Source of the DNA: an uncultured Fimbriimonadales bacterium
GTDB taxonomy: Bacteria > Armatimonadota > Fimbriimonadia > Fimbriimonadales > GBS-DC
Direction: 5' to 3'
Assembly (NCBI GenBank): GCA_937992175.1
Contig: CALKLF010000030.1
Location: forward strand, 1,367 to 65,366
DNA length: 64,000 bases
Shown here: one piece after another, positions 16,983 through 26,909 of the stretch
How the letters are laid out: every line of letters begins with the position of its first letter
How positions within the stretch are numbered: the first letter of the stretch is position 1
Notes under the pieces: generated by a model
What the model was told of the DNA's origin: nothing
The model's input: the letters and a program-made list of their open reading frames with translations, nothing else
Database searches by the model: none
Translations under genes and position numbers: made by a program

Positions 16983-17529
16983 GATTGTCGATGTGACTTT
17001 TCGCAGTCCGCACCATGAACTCAGCGAGGCGGAAAAAGCCTATGTGCGCCGTAAGCTGAACAAACTGGCACGATTCTTTCATAAAATCTGGACGCTGGAG
17101 CTGACCTATGAACTGGTGCGCGGACAGCATCATGTGTCGATCCTGGTGGATGCGGACGGACAGAAGTTCCATTACGACGACAAAGCCCATGAGTTTCGGG
17201 CTGCCGTTGACGCTGTGGTTCAAAAAATCGAGCATCAGCTTGCGCGTTATAAAGAGAAGCTCCAGAAGCGCGGGCGCAAGCCCCGAGAGGAGGTCATCGA
17301 AGCGGTGCTGAGCGAGGCGGTGGAGACCGAATCTGAATCCACGCCCAACCCCGCGCTCCGACGCACGGTGCGCGTGCCCCTCAAGCCGATGAGCCTCGAA
17401 GAGGCGCTGCTGCAAGCAGATTTAGAAAGCGCGCCGGTCTATATGTTCCATGACTCTGATACGAACCGCTACTGTGTGCTGGTGCAGGTCGAGAAGGGCG
17501 TGTATGACCTGATTGAGGGGCTGGACTGA
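16954..17529 (+). CDS. hpf: ribosome hibernation promoting factor (long HPF/RaiA family)
   Basis: The N-terminal S30AE/sigma54-modulation fold sequence reads [31 protein letters not shown]-terminal dimerisation domain ...PLKPMSLEEALLQ...YMFHDSDTNRYCVL. GGAGAGG lies upstream of the ATG. Confidence 0.85.
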   Translation: MSKSRRKQVEIVDVTFRSPHHELSEAEKAYVRRKLNKLARFFHKIWTLELTYELVRGQHHVSILVDADGQKFHYDDKAHEFRAAVDAVVQKIEHQLARYKEKLQKRGRKPREEVIEAVLSEAVETESESTPNPALRRTVRVPLKPMSLEEALLQADLESAPVYMFHDSDTNRYCVLVQVEKGVYDLIEGLD

Positions 17530-17555
17530 CAACGAGCCGTTGTTTCGGGCAAATC

Positions 17556-17595
17556 TACAAAAACGCCGACGCGCGGGTATGAGCCGCGTCGGCGT
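17556..17595 (-). terminator. rho-independent terminator for the minus-strand gene 17637..19559
   Basis: An 11-bp stem (acgccgacgcg 17563-17573 / cgcgtcggcgt 17585-17595) is followed on the minus strand by TTTTTG (plus-strand caaaaa 17558-17563). Confidence 0.6.
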
Positions 17596-17636
17596 CCGCA
17601 CAGAAAGTGCCTTCATCCAGCGCTGCGCTGACCTGG

Positions 17637-19559
17637 CTATCGACGCAGGATGGGACCCCCGCCAGAAGCCCCGATGGATTTATTACTGGGTTGTGGAGCG
17701 GGGCGGATTTTGCCTTTTGCAGGCGGGTAGTCGCGCAGGGCGGCACTGTTTGCCCGCACAAAAATCCGCGCCTGTTTCGGATAGACTTTGATGCGCGTCC
17801 CTGCAGGGAAAGTCTGCCCCGACCAGAGTTCCCAGTAATCGGCGTCCAGAATCCAGCTGAACACCGCGCCGTCTTTCCATAGGGGGCTGACATTGCCTGT
17901 GGGGTTTACCAGTACGAACCCATTCTGGAAAGGACGGTAGTAAAGCCCGCCCTGATAATCCGAGCTGCGGTAGTAGATTTCATGCGGGGCGGTCGGTTGT
18001 CCGAGCGGCACATCGAAGTCGGCGTCGGGGCGCCACGAGCGCTGGCGCGCAGGAGGAGTCTCGTAGTAGTGTTTGTCCAGGTAGAGATAGGCGTTGTCAT
18101 CCGCGCAGAGCAGAAAGCTCGCCAGGGCGTAAATCTTCTGGCGCCGCCCCTCCACTGGATTAGCCGCGCTGTAGCCGGAATAGATGACTCGCAGACGTGG
18201 CGCGTTCTCGATAATGGTATTGAATTGAGCCAGCCAGGTAGAATAGCTTAAAAACCCCGGCGGCGCGGTGAAGATGTGGGTAAAGACCTGCTCGATTAGC
18301 ATCCCATCCAGAAAGCCCTGTCGGAGAAAATAGGTGTGCGTCTGGTCGCGTGTGTACGGCGCGCCCGCCGCATTGATGATGAACTCGATTCCCCGATCTT
18401 GAGTAACGGCGCGCATGTTACGCATATGCTTCATCATCGCCGCGATGCGACTGGCAGGCGTGGGGTATTTTTGAAGATGGAACCCGCTGGAGAAGAAGTC
18501 GATAAAGCTATCGAAATGGATTACATCGCGATTGCTGTCGGCATAGCGCATATAGAGTGACAGGTTCTGCGCCGCCCATGCAGAGGTTTCGGGGTTGCCG
18601 ATATCCATCAGGTGGAGTCCCCCTCCAAAACGCTGACGCTGACCGAAAACATTCAATAAGAACCAGTCGGGATGGTTGGTATCGCAGTAGATATATCCGA
18701 AGATGTCGCGCGGAGACCAGGTGTTCGAACCTGTGTTATTGCTGAAAATCAGGTTGTAGTACAGGACATTTTTGAGATCGGGGCGATGGGTTCGGAGCTG
18801 TTTGATATCTTGCCAGTTTGCGATAATCGCGTCAAATTCGCGGGCGTAGTAGACCCAGTCGCGCTGGCTTTCCTCTGCCCAAGGGTAATAAGGCGTGATA
18901 ATTTTAAGGGAACGCGGCGCATGAGGACGCCAGCGTTTACTCCCCGTGACCACCAGTTCATCAAGCCAGAGCGTCCCTGTCGATTGCCCCGCGTTCGCCG
19001 TAATAATCAGATCCACATAGATTCCTGCAGGATTGGAGTTGGGGACCACATAGTTCAGATCGAGTTCTGTCCAGCCTGCGGGCGGCATGCTGGTGTTTAC
19101 AAGACTGAGAGCGCCGCTGCCGTTGAGTCCACGCGCCTGCACCCGAAACGAGGCGTTGCTCCAGTTGGCAGCTTTGATCCATAGCCGAATGCGCACGGTC
19201 TCGCCAGGCTGCGGATAGTCCTCGGAAGGGAAATACATCGTGTAAGTCATGCGAGCGTCTGCAGCCGTGCTGGCGTTGCGGTTAAAGGTAATTTTTTGCG
19301 AGGCTAACCCGCCTACCTTATCTTCCTCGTCTAGAGTGAATATGAAGGTGGGCGGCGCGCTGACGAAGAACCCCTCCGCGTGCCCATCGCGCTCCAGTCC
19401 CGTCGCTGGGTTGCCAACATAGAAATCGTAGTCGAAGCCGCCGTAGCCGCCCGCGTAGTTGATAAGCGGCTGCTCCTGGCGACGCTCATCGCAAGCGTCA
19501 GGCATGATGCTCCTATCGAACCCCACAGTCTTCGCATGAGAACTCTCCTCTCTGGGCAT
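17637..19559 (-). CDS. hypothetical protein, possibly glycoside-hydrolase-like TIM barrel with N-terminal CBM-like beta-sandwich
   Basis: A 640-aa ORF with coherent coding character. The function is guessed only from general sequence character, with no diagnostic motif recognised. Confidence 0.45.
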   Translation of the reverse strand: MPREESSHAKTVGFDRSIMPDACDERRQEQPLINYAGGYGGFDYDFYVGNPATGLERDGHAEGFFVSAPPTFIFTLDEEDKVGGLASQKITFNRNASTAADARMTYTMYFPSEDYPQPGETVRIRLWIKAANWSNASFRVQARGLNGSGALSLVNTSMPPAGWTELDLNYVVPNSNPAGIYVDLIITANAGQSTGTLWLDELVVTGSKRWRPHAPRSLKIITPYYPWAEESQRDWVYYAREFDAIIANWQDIKQLRTHRPDLKNVLYYNLIFSNNTGSNTWSPRDIFGYIYCDTNHPDWFLLNVFGQRQRFGGGLHLMDIGNPETSAWAAQNLSLYMRYADSNRDVIHFDSFIDFFSSGFHLQKYPTPASRIAAMMKHMRNMRAVTQDRGIEFIINAAGAPYTRDQTHTYFLRQGFLDGMLIEQVFTHIFTAPPGFLSYSTWLAQFNTIIENAPRLRVIYSGYSAANPVEGRRQKIYALASFLLCADDNAYLYLDKHYYETPPARQRSWRPDADFDVPLGQPTAPHEIYYRSSDYQGGLYYRPFQNGFVLVNPTGNVSPLWKDGAVFSWILDADYWELWSGQTFPAGTRIKVYPKQARIFVRANSAALRDYPPAKGKIRPAPQPSNKSIGASGGGPILRR

Positions 19560-19637
19560 TATTATAGCACACTTCGTGCGGGAAGGGCTAAAAAACCCCT
19601 GTAGAACTCGCCAGAGTTGCAGTATAATCTTAGCGCG

Positions 19638-20327
19638 ATGCCCGAAGAGCCGCTGGCGTCTGTGATTGTGCCGATTTACAACGAGGAAGGCACGCTGCTG
19701 GAGTTACTGGAGCGATTGCGCCGCGCCCCCTTCCGCAAGGAGATTATCGTGGTGGACGATGGGTCGACGGACAAAACGCCCGATATTTTAGCCGAGCAAC
19801 GCGATATTGTAGCCATTCGGCACGAGCGTAATCGCGGCAAAGGCGCGGCTATTCGTACTGCGCTTCAGCACGCCACGGGCGACATCATCGTGATTCAGGA
19901 CGCTGACCTGGAGTATGACCCGAACGAGATTCCTAGGCTCATCGAGCCGATTGTGCAGGGCAAAGCGCGGGTAGTGTACGGCTCGCGGTTCTGGCGTGGG
20001 CTACCCAAAGACATGCCCCTGCCTAATAAAATCGCGAATGTGTTATTGGTGTGGGCGGTGCGTCTCCTGTTCAGGTGGCGCATCACCGACGAGGCGACCT
20101 GCTACAAGGCGTTCTGCGCGGACTTTTTGCGCTCTATCCCCCTTAAGTGCGAGCGGTTCGAGTTCTGCCCTGAAGTCACAGCCAAGACCCTCAAGCGCGG
20201 CGAGCCGATTTACGAGGTGGAGCTCCACAACTATCGCCCGCGCCGTAAGGCGGAGGGTAAGAAAATCCGCTGGACGGACGGCGTCGAGGCGCTCTGGACG
20301 CTGATCAAGTACCGCTTCCGCGAGTAA
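19638..20327 (+). CDS. family 2 glycosyltransferase (Dpm1/polyprenol-phosphate glycosyltransferase-like)
   Basis: VIVPIYNEE, VVDDGSTD and QDADLEYDP motifs. TATAAT at 19623-19628 lies 9 nt upstream of the ATG. Confidence 0.85.
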   Translation: MPEEPLASVIVPIYNEEGTLLELLERLRRAPFRKEIIVVDDGSTDKTPDILAEQRDIVAIRHERNRGKGAAIRTALQHATGDIIVIQDADLEYDPNEIPRLIEPIVQGKARVVYGSRFWRGLPKDMPLPNKIANVLLVWAVRLLFRWRITDEATCYKAFCADFLRSIPLKCERFEFCPEVTAKTLKRGEPIYEVELHNYRPRRKAEGKKIRWTDGVEALWTLIKYRFRE

Positions 20328-20342
20328 AGGTAGAATTGGGGC

Positions 20343-21473
20343 GTGGCAACGCAAGCTCCCGCACTCGGTTCGCTGACGGACAAGCTAAAACTGAGGCAAA
20401 TTGACCTCCCGCTGCTGCTGACCACGCTGCTGCTGATGGGCGCGGGGCTGGCGGCGCTCTACAGCGCAACCTATCAGTGGTCGCCCGTGATTTTTCGGCG
20501 GCAACTACTCTGGCTGGCGCTGGGCGTCCTGCTGGCGCTCACTGTGGCGAGTATCCGTCCCAGCGTGTGGGCGCGCTATAGTAAATGGCTCTATGCGTTG
20601 AACCTGGCGATGCTGGTGGGGGTGCTGCTGTTCGGCGCGGAGCGGAAGGGCGCGCAACGCTGGCTGGAGCTGCCAGGCGGGTTTCAGCTGCAACCCTCCG
20701 AGTTCGCCAAAGTGCTGCTCATCATCACGCTGGCGAGCTGGCTGGCGCGGAATCGGGAACTTATCCGCACGCCCAAGGGGTTTCTGCTTTCTGGACTGCA
20801 TATGGCGATTCCTGCGCTGCTGGTGTTCAAACAACCCGATTTGGGCACTTCCATCGTGTTTGGCGTGCTGTGGTTCGCGATGGTCTATCTGGCGGGGGCA
20901 TCGGCGCGCTGGCTCTGGCTGACGGTGCTGGCGGGCGTGTTGGGCTTCTATGGGCTGTGGCACTTCGACATCCTGAAAGACTATCAGAAGGCGCGACTGG
21001 TCTCGTTTATGAACCCCGAAGCCGATCCGCAGCAGAGCGGCTATCACATCTTGCAGGCGCGCATCGCCGTCGGCAGCGGACAGCTCACAGGCAAGGGCTA
21101 TCTGCACGGCTCCCAGAAAAACCTGCGCTATATCCCCGAACAGCAGACGGACTTTATTTTCGTTGTCGTGGCGGAGGAGCTGGGGTTCGTCGGCGCGGTG
21201 GGCTTGCTGGGGCTGTACGGCGCGTTTCTGTATAGCATCTGGCGGATAATGACGCACACACGCGAGGAATACCATCGCCTGCTGGCGGGCGGAATTCTTG
21301 CGTTGTTCACTTTCCACCTGCTCACGAATGTTGGAATGACGATTGGGCTGTTCCCCGTGGTGGGCATTCCGCTGCCGTTTATCAGTTATGGAGGCACGAT
21401 GCTCTGGGTGTCGCTGATTGCAGTGGGTTTGCTGCAGGCGATTCGACTGCACGAATCGCCCGTGCGGATATAG
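20343..21473 (+). CDS. rodA: SEDS-family peptidoglycan polymerase RodA/FtsW
   Basis: PSEFAKVLLIITLA and GIPLPFISYGGT motifs. Ten-TM character. GTG start. Confidence 0.88.
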   Translation: MATQAPALGSLTDKLKLRQIDLPLLLTTLLLMGAGLAALYSATYQWSPVIFRRQLLWLALGVLLALTVASIRPSVWARYSKWLYALNLAMLVGVLLFGAERKGAQRWLELPGGFQLQPSEFAKVLLIITLASWLARNRELIRTPKGFLLSGLHMAIPALLVFKQPDLGTSIVFGVLWFAMVYLAGASARWLWLTVLAGVLGFYGLWHFDILKDYQKARLVSFMNPEADPQQSGYHILQARIAVGSGQLTGKGYLHGSQKNLRYIPEQQTDFIFVVVAEELGFVGAVGLLGLYGAFLYSIWRIMTHTREEYHRLLAGGILALFTFHLLTNVGMTIGLFPVVGIPLPFISYGGTMLWVSLIAVGLLQAIRLHESPVRI

Positions 21474-21475
21474 AT

Positions 21476-23179
21476 TCACCGGCTCAACAGCTCCTGCAGC
21501 GCCTGTTCGAACTTGCGTTGCGCCTCTTTCGCTTCGGCGGTACCGGGGGCGAGTTCGACGGCGGTCTGCCATGCCTGCAGGGCGCGCTGCAGGTCGCCCC
21601 GACGATACGCCTCGTCGCCAATCGCGATTTGAGCGCGGGCGGCGTTGCGCTGGTACTCCTGCGCCTGTGCGCCGCGACTGTGCTGCGCCGCCGACGCCCA
21701 GTGGCTCACGGCGCCCTCGCGGTTGCCCAGCTGCTGCTCGACCGCCGCCATTCCTGCATAGGCTTCGGGCAGTGGGGCGTACTGAATCGCGCGCTGATAC
21801 GCCAGCATCGCTTCGTCGTAGCGGCGCGCCTCCAGCAGCTGGTTCCCGTACATCGTGAGCGCGCTGGCGGTGTTCCGACGGAACTCCTCTTTCCACTTGC
21901 TGGACTGCGCGCTGCGATAGAGTTCGTCATAAATCTGCGCCGCTTCCAGATAGCGTCCCTGCCCGTAGAGTTTCTCCGCCTCTTTCGCCCGCACCGCGAT
22001 TTTTTCGTCAATCTGCTGCAGCTGATACTCCTGATAAGCGCGGGTCGCGCTGAACACGCCGAGAATCACCACCCCCAGAATCGCTCCCCCGATGAGCATC
22101 ACGCCGAGCAGCGTGCCCAGAAACTGGCGCGTCGCGGGCGAAAGGACGGGTTTTGGCGGCGGCGGGGGCAGATAGGGCGCAGGCGCGCTGTTCGTGGGGC
22201 TGGGCGTCGGATAGGGCGCAGGGATCTGCGTCGGCGCGCTCGGCGCAGGGTAGGGATAGCCCGGCGCAGGAACAGGCGTCGGCTGCGGGTAGCCCCCCGT
22301 CGGCGCGGGCATCGTATAGGGCGGAGGCGGCACCATCGGCGTCGCAATCACGGGCGGCGCTTTCAACTGCTCCAGCGCGTTCAGCAACGCCTGCTTCATC
22401 TCCTCCGCCGAGCTGAACCGCTCCGCAGGACTCTTGCGCAGCGCCTTGCGAATCACCCACTCCAGCGGCGCAGGCACACTCGGCGGCGAGTGCGGCTCGG
22501 TATGCACGATATTGTAGGTAATCGTAATCACCGAGTCGCCTTGAAACGGCTTGTAGCCCACCAGCATCTCGAACAGAATCACGCCGACCGAGAACAAGTC
22601 GCTCCGCTCGTCAATCGCGCCGCCCTGCACCTGTTCGGGCGACATGTAGCTCGGCGTGCCGAAAATCTGCCCGTCCATCGTCAAGTTCGGCTCGTGCTTG
22701 AGGCGCGCGATGCCGAAATCGGTGATTTTGACCAACCCCGTAGGCAGGATATGCACATTTTCGGGCTTGATGTCGCGATGGATCACGCCTTTGGAATGCG
22801 CGTGCGCCAGCCCGTCCAGCACCTGGGCGGCGATATGCACCGCCTCTTCGGGTAGCAGCGCGCCCTCGCGATCCATCTTCTGGCGCAGGTTGTCCCCCTC
22901 CAGATACTCCATCACTATGAAGTAGCGTCCGTGCTCCTCTTCGGTCTCGAAAATCGTGACGATGTTGGGGTGGGTGAGCGAGCCGGCGGCACGCGCCTCG
23001 CGCTGGAAGCGGGCGATGCGATCCTGACGCACGGCGTCGCTCGCGCCTGGGGGCATCAGCAGCTCTTTGATGGCGACGCGGCGGTTGATGCGCGTGTCCA
23101 CCGCCTCGTACACTACATCGTTGCTGCGGGCGATTTCGCGGATAATCCGATAGTGCCCCAGAACCGTCTCCAACGCCAT
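21476..23179 (-). CDS. Ser/Thr protein kinase with Pro-rich linker, TM segment and C-terminal TPR repeats
   Basis: HRDIKPENV, DFGIA and SPEQ Hanks-kinase motifs. Confidence 0.9.
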   Translation of the reverse strand: MALETVLGHYRIIREIARSNDVVYEAVDTRINRRVAIKELLMPPGASDAVRQDRIARFQREARAAGSLTHPNIVTIFETEEEHGRYFIVMEYLEGDNLRQKMDREGALLPEEAVHIAAQVLDGLAHAHSKGVIHRDIKPENVHILPTGLVKITDFGIARLKHEPNLTMDGQIFGTPSYMSPEQVQGGAIDERSDLFSVGVILFEMLVGYKPFQGDSVITITYNIVHTEPHSPPSVPAPLEWVIRKALRKSPAERFSSAEEMKQALLNALEQLKAPPVIATPMVPPPPYTMPAPTGGYPQPTPVPAPGYPYPAPSAPTQIPAPYPTPSPTNSAPAPYLPPPPPKPVLSPATRQFLGTLLGVMLIGGAILGVVILGVFSATRAYQEYQLQQIDEKIAVRAKEAEKLYGQGRYLEAAQIYDELYRSAQSSKWKEEFRRNTASALTMYGNQLLEARRYDEAMLAYQRAIQYAPLPEAYAGMAAVEQQLGNREGAVSHWASAAQHSRGAQAQEYQRNAARAQIAIGDEAYRRGDLQRALQAWQTAVELAPGTAEAKEAQRKFEQALQELLSR

Positions 23180-23219
23180 AGCCCCTGATAGATTATACTC
23201 TGTCGCTGTTTCAAGCGTT

Positions 23220-23948
23220 TCACAGCGACGCCTGCTCCCCAGGCAGCAGCACCTGCAGTTGGATCGCGTGGCTCCCCAATAATTGCTCCACCTGGCGGGG
23301 TTTGCCGCGCACCCGCGCGACGACTACCTGCGCCCGATGCACGGTGAGTTTTTTGCTCTGCACGAGCGCCCAGGCGTCTTCATCGACGCCGATTCCAACG
23401 AGGTTCGGATGTTCCAGCAGGGCGCAGAGCAGGCGGGGCAGGCGTTGTCGCTTGAGAAAATGCTGGTCGACGAGGGCGTTCGGCAGCACGCCAATCGCAG
23501 GGGCGGTGGGACTTGCGCCAACCTTCAGGTCGCCGTCGGGCGAATGGTCGCCTGTGGGCATCCGTGCGCCCATCAGCGACGTGCCTGCGCTGGTTCCCCC
23601 GACGACGCCGCCGCGCGCTGCCACTTCCCGAATCGTCCGCAGCAGCTCTGTTGCTGCCCCGAAACGCTCCATAAACCGATTCTGGTCGCCGCCCGGAATC
23701 CACACCGCCCGCGCCGCTTGCACGATTGCCGTCAACTCGCCTGCGTCGAGTGTGTCGGGCGCAACCACATTCTGGGCGCCGTTCTCCTCGAAAAACTCGG
23801 CGGAGCGTCGCCCGCCACGTGCGACATCCTGTTGCACATGCGCCAGAATCACGACTCGCGCGTTCGCGCCGCCCGCCAGTCGGAGAATCGTTTGGGGCAC
23901 TTCGGGGGGCGTGCCGCCCCCGCCTGCCAGAATCACCGCGCCTTTCAT
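23220..23948 (-). CDS. peptidase S51 / cyanophycinase-like protein
   Basis: GGDQNRF and GGTSAGTSLMG (GxSAG nucleophile elbow). ATG at 23948 overlaps the upstream stop (ATGA). Confidence 0.7.
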   Translation of the reverse strand: MKGAVILAGGGGTPPEVPQTILRLAGGANARVVILAHVQQDVARGGRRSAEFFEENGAQNVVAPDTLDAGELTAIVQAARAVWIPGGDQNRFMERFGAATELLRTIREVAARGGVVGGTSAGTSLMGARMPTGDHSPDGDLKVGASPTAPAIGVLPNALVDQHFLKRQRLPRLLCALLEHPNLVGIGVDEDAWALVQSKKLTVHRAQVVVARVRGKPRQVEQLLGSHAIQLQVLLPGEQASL

Positions 23949-24676
23949 AGCAGCTCCAGCAGTGGTCTCAGGTTCGGCAACTCCAGCGCAGGGCTGTCGG
24001 GTTGCGGATGAGGTGCGCCTTCGCGGTTCACCCACGCCGCCTGCCAGCCCGCGTTCAACGCCCCTTGCACATCATGCTCCCACGAGTTGCCTACAAACAG
24101 CAGCTGCTCAGGCGACAGCCCCAACTGCTGCTCCACGAACTCGAAAATCGGCTTGTGCGGCTTGCCGACGCCCACCTCGCCCTCAATCGCCACGACATCG
24201 AACAGCCCCTCCAGCCCCAGCACTTTGAGTTCCCGACGCTGCTCATACGCAGGACCGTTCGTAATCACAAACAGGGGATAGCGTTCGCGCAGGGCGTGCA
24301 ACACCTCCAGCGTCTCTTCGTGCAGGTGCAGCCTCTGCTCGCGCAGCGCGGCGTATTCGGAGCTGACCTGCTCCGCCAGTCCGTCCGTATTCAGGTTCAG
24401 GCTCTCCAGCAGTCGCCGAAAGGTTTCTGTGCGCGTAGCGTGCCCCTCGCGCAGATAGAGCGGATACCAGCGGTCGGAGTGAATCTCTTCCAGCATGCTC
24501 CTGAACGCGCGGCGATAGTGCTGGTCAAGCTCCTCAAGGGACAGGTCAACGCGCGGCGCGATATGCGTCGCCAACACCTGCCGTCGCGCCTCGATGGCGA
24601 CGGGCATATAGACGCAGAGCGTATCGTCTAAATCAAAGCCGACGGCTCGAATCACGCTTAGTTCCATACCCATCAT
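23945..24676 (-). CDS. HAD-superfamily hydrolase
   Basis: GFDLDDTL (DxDxT) near the N-terminus and VGNSWEHD near the C-terminus. Confidence 0.85.
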   Translation of the reverse strand: MMGMELSVIRAVGFDLDDTLCVYMPVAIEARRQVLATHIAPRVDLSLEELDQHYRRAFRSMLEEIHSDRWYPLYLREGHATRTETFRRLLESLNLNTDGLAEQVSSEYAALREQRLHLHEETLEVLHALRERYPLFVITNGPAYEQRRELKVLGLEGLFDVVAIEGEVGVGKPHKPIFEFVEQQLGLSPEQLLFVGNSWEHDVQGALNAGWQAAWVNREGAPHPQPDSPALELPNLRPLLELL

Positions 24677-25414
24677 TTAATACGATGTTAATCGCGCCAC
24701 GGGCGTCTGCCCGCCATAGACCTGCGCGCCCGTGTGCGTGAGGATCTCCACCTCAGGCGTGAAGATGAGCAAATCCACCTGACTGCCCCGCTCAATGAAC
24801 GAGATTTTCTGTGCAGGCCTCACGCACTGCCCTTCCTGCACATAGGTTGTGATTTTGTTCACGAACTTATCGGCGATTTCGACCATCGCGACGCGCACGC
24901 GCTGATTCTCGATGAACACCGTCTGCCGTTCGTTCTCAAGGTGATACCGCTTGCCGAGCAAGTCGACGGCGCGGCGCAGCCACGCCATGCTGAGATACTC
25001 CCACAAGTCCACCATCGGCAGGTTCGCGCGGGCGGGCGTGTAGACGATTTTGCGCACGGTTCCTGCAATCGGCGCGTAGTTGTAATGCACATCGAGCGGA
25101 CTCATGTAGATTCCAATCAGCCAGCCTTCAGGCGACGCGCCGTCCCACTCCGCGCGGGTAATCTCGGTGATGGGGATGGGGCGTCCGAGTTTCTCGGCGA
25201 AGACGGTTCCGTTCGCGCTCACGGGACGGATGTAAACCACCTTGCCGTCGCACGGCGCGAGAATCAGGTTCGGGTCGGGCGGCGGGATACGGCGTGGATC
25301 GCGATAGAACCACACTTTGCGCAGGAAGTAGTTCGCGCCCGCAATCGCCACGCCTGCGCCCAGCGCCCACTTCAGCCATGTCGGGATTCGCACAAGAAAA
25401 GTGTACCTTACCAA
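24677..25414 (-). CDS. psd: phosphatidylserine decarboxylase-family protein (start uncertain: TTG 25414, GTG 25393 or ATG 25486)
   Basis: APCDGKV, SPLDVHYNYAPIAG and ERGSQVDL (GS self-cleavage site). It abuts the HAD gene with zero gap. Confidence 0.72.
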   Translation of the reverse strand: MVRYTFLVRIPTWLKWALGAGVAIAGANYFLRKVWFYRDPRRIPPPDPNLILAPCDGKVVYIRPVSANGTVFAEKLGRPIPITEITRAEWDGASPEGWLIGIYMSPLDVHYNYAPIAGTVRKIVYTPARANLPMVDLWEYLSMAWLRRAVDLLGKRYHLENERQTVFIENQRVRVAMVEIADKFVNKITTYVQEGQCVRPAQKISFIERGSQVDLLIFTPEVEILTHTGAQVYGGQTPVARLTSY

Positions 25415-25451
25415 ACAGGAACCCCCGCCGCCTCGTCGAACCCTTCCAGTG

Positions 25452-26717
25452 ATGAAATCGAGCGTTTTTGCCTGCTTATGCTGCATCGCGCTGATTGGCT
25501 ATTCGCAGGAGCAACTGAGTCTGGACGATGCGCTGCGTTTGGCGTTGCAAAATAACGGGGTCGCCCGCGCTGCGCTTGCCGACACAGACGCGGCGCAAGC
25601 CCGCCTGAACGCCGCCCGCGCGAACCTCTATCCGAGTTTAGACATCAGCAGCAGCACGACGCGCACGCGCATCGAGGGCGGCGGCATAACCACGGACGCC
25701 ACGCAACGTGAGAACGGCGTGGGGCTGGAGTGGCTGCTGCTGGACAACGGACAGCGTGAGTTGCGAATCCGCCAAAGTTCGCGCGCCGCTGAAGCCACAC
25801 GCCAGAACACGCGCGATGCCGTGCGTCGTGTGTTGTTCCAGACTGCTCGCGCCTACTACGAAGTGCTGCGCCGCAAGGAGTTGCTGCAGGTCGCTGACGC
25901 TTCCGTGCGCCGTGCCGAGACGCTGCTGGAAGTTGCGAAGGCGCAGGCGGAGGTCGGAACCGCGCCTCGGAAAGATGTGCTGCAGGCGGAAGCCGACCTT
26001 GCCAACGCCCGCGTGCAGCAGATTCAAGCCCGCAACGCCCTGCGTTTGGCGGAAGCCGACCTGAAACGGCTCATCGGTTGGAATCCGCAGCGTGCGTTGC
26101 CCGACCTTCAAGCCCCCGCAGGCGCGCCGCCCGCCCCGCCTGAGCTGAGTGTGGAGCAACTGTGGCAGCGCGCCCGCCTGCAACGCCCCGACCTGCGCAA
26201 CGCCGAGCTGAACCTGCAAATCAGCAAACTGAGCGTGGATGCCGCCCGCCTGAACAGCCTGCTACGCCTGCAAATCACCGCGCGCGGATTCCGTGAAGTG
26301 GAGCCAAACAGCCGTACACAGGGCAGCCTGAATGTGATTGCCTCGTACCCGCTGTTCGACGGCGGGCTGACCCGCGCGAACCTGCGCGAGGCGGAAGCGG
26401 GCTTAGAGAGCGTACAGTTCCGCCTGAAGCAAGCCGAACGCGACGCCTACGCGGAAGTAGAGAGCGCGATTCTCACTTTCCGTGAGACCGCTGAGCGGCT
26501 GGAAGCCTCCAAAGTCGCCGTCGCCGCCGCGCGACGCAACTTCGACGCCGCGCAGGAGTCGCTGCGCGAGGGCGTGGGCACGATTGTGGAAGTGCTGACC
26601 GCCCAGCTCGCGCTGATTACCGCCGAGACGAACCTCGTGCAGGCGACCTACGACGCCGCCGTAGCCGAACTGCAACTGCGCGTGGCAGTGGGCGACAAAC
26701 TGCCGCAGGAACCCTGA
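25452..26717 (+). CDS. TolC-family outer membrane efflux protein
   Basis: Signal peptide MKSSVFACLCCIALIGYSQE. LSLDDALRLALQNN start and duplicated coiled-coil/beta repeat architecture. Confidence 0.82.
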   Translation: MKSSVFACLCCIALIGYSQEQLSLDDALRLALQNNGVARAALADTDAAQARLNAARANLYPSLDISSSTTRTRIEGGGITTDATQRENGVGLEWLLLDNGQRELRIRQSSRAAEATRQNTRDAVRRVLFQTARAYYEVLRRKELLQVADASVRRAETLLEVAKAQAEVGTAPRKDVLQAEADLANARVQQIQARNALRLAEADLKRLIGWNPQRALPDLQAPAGAPPAPPELSVEQLWQRARLQRPDLRNAELNLQISKLSVDAARLNSLLRLQITARGFREVEPNSRTQGSLNVIASYPLFDGGLTRANLREAEAGLESVQFRLKQAERDAYAEVESAILTFRETAERLEASKVAVAAARRNFDAAQESLREGVGTIVEVLTAQLALITAETNLVQATYDAAVAELQLRVAVGDKLPQEP

Positions 26718-26773
26718 GCCAGAAACCTTTGCAGGGGGAACAACAGTCTAATCGATTGTCCGATTTGCAGGCT

Positions 26774-26857
26774 GAGAGATTCCTCGCTCCGCTCGGAATG
26801 ACAGGGATATTTTCGCGAAAGCGAAGCTGTCATTCCGAGCCGAAGGTGAGGAGTCTC
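26774..26857. repeat. 'SLGMT' inverted-repeat element
   Basis: gagagattcctcgctccgctcggaatgaca...tgtcattccgagccgaaggtgaggagtctc. It lies 57 nt after the tolC-like stop. Confidence 0.85.
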
Positions 26858-26909
26858 ATGGATTGCAGTGTGGACTATAATAAATACATCCAGAACAGGA
26901 GGCGCGCTG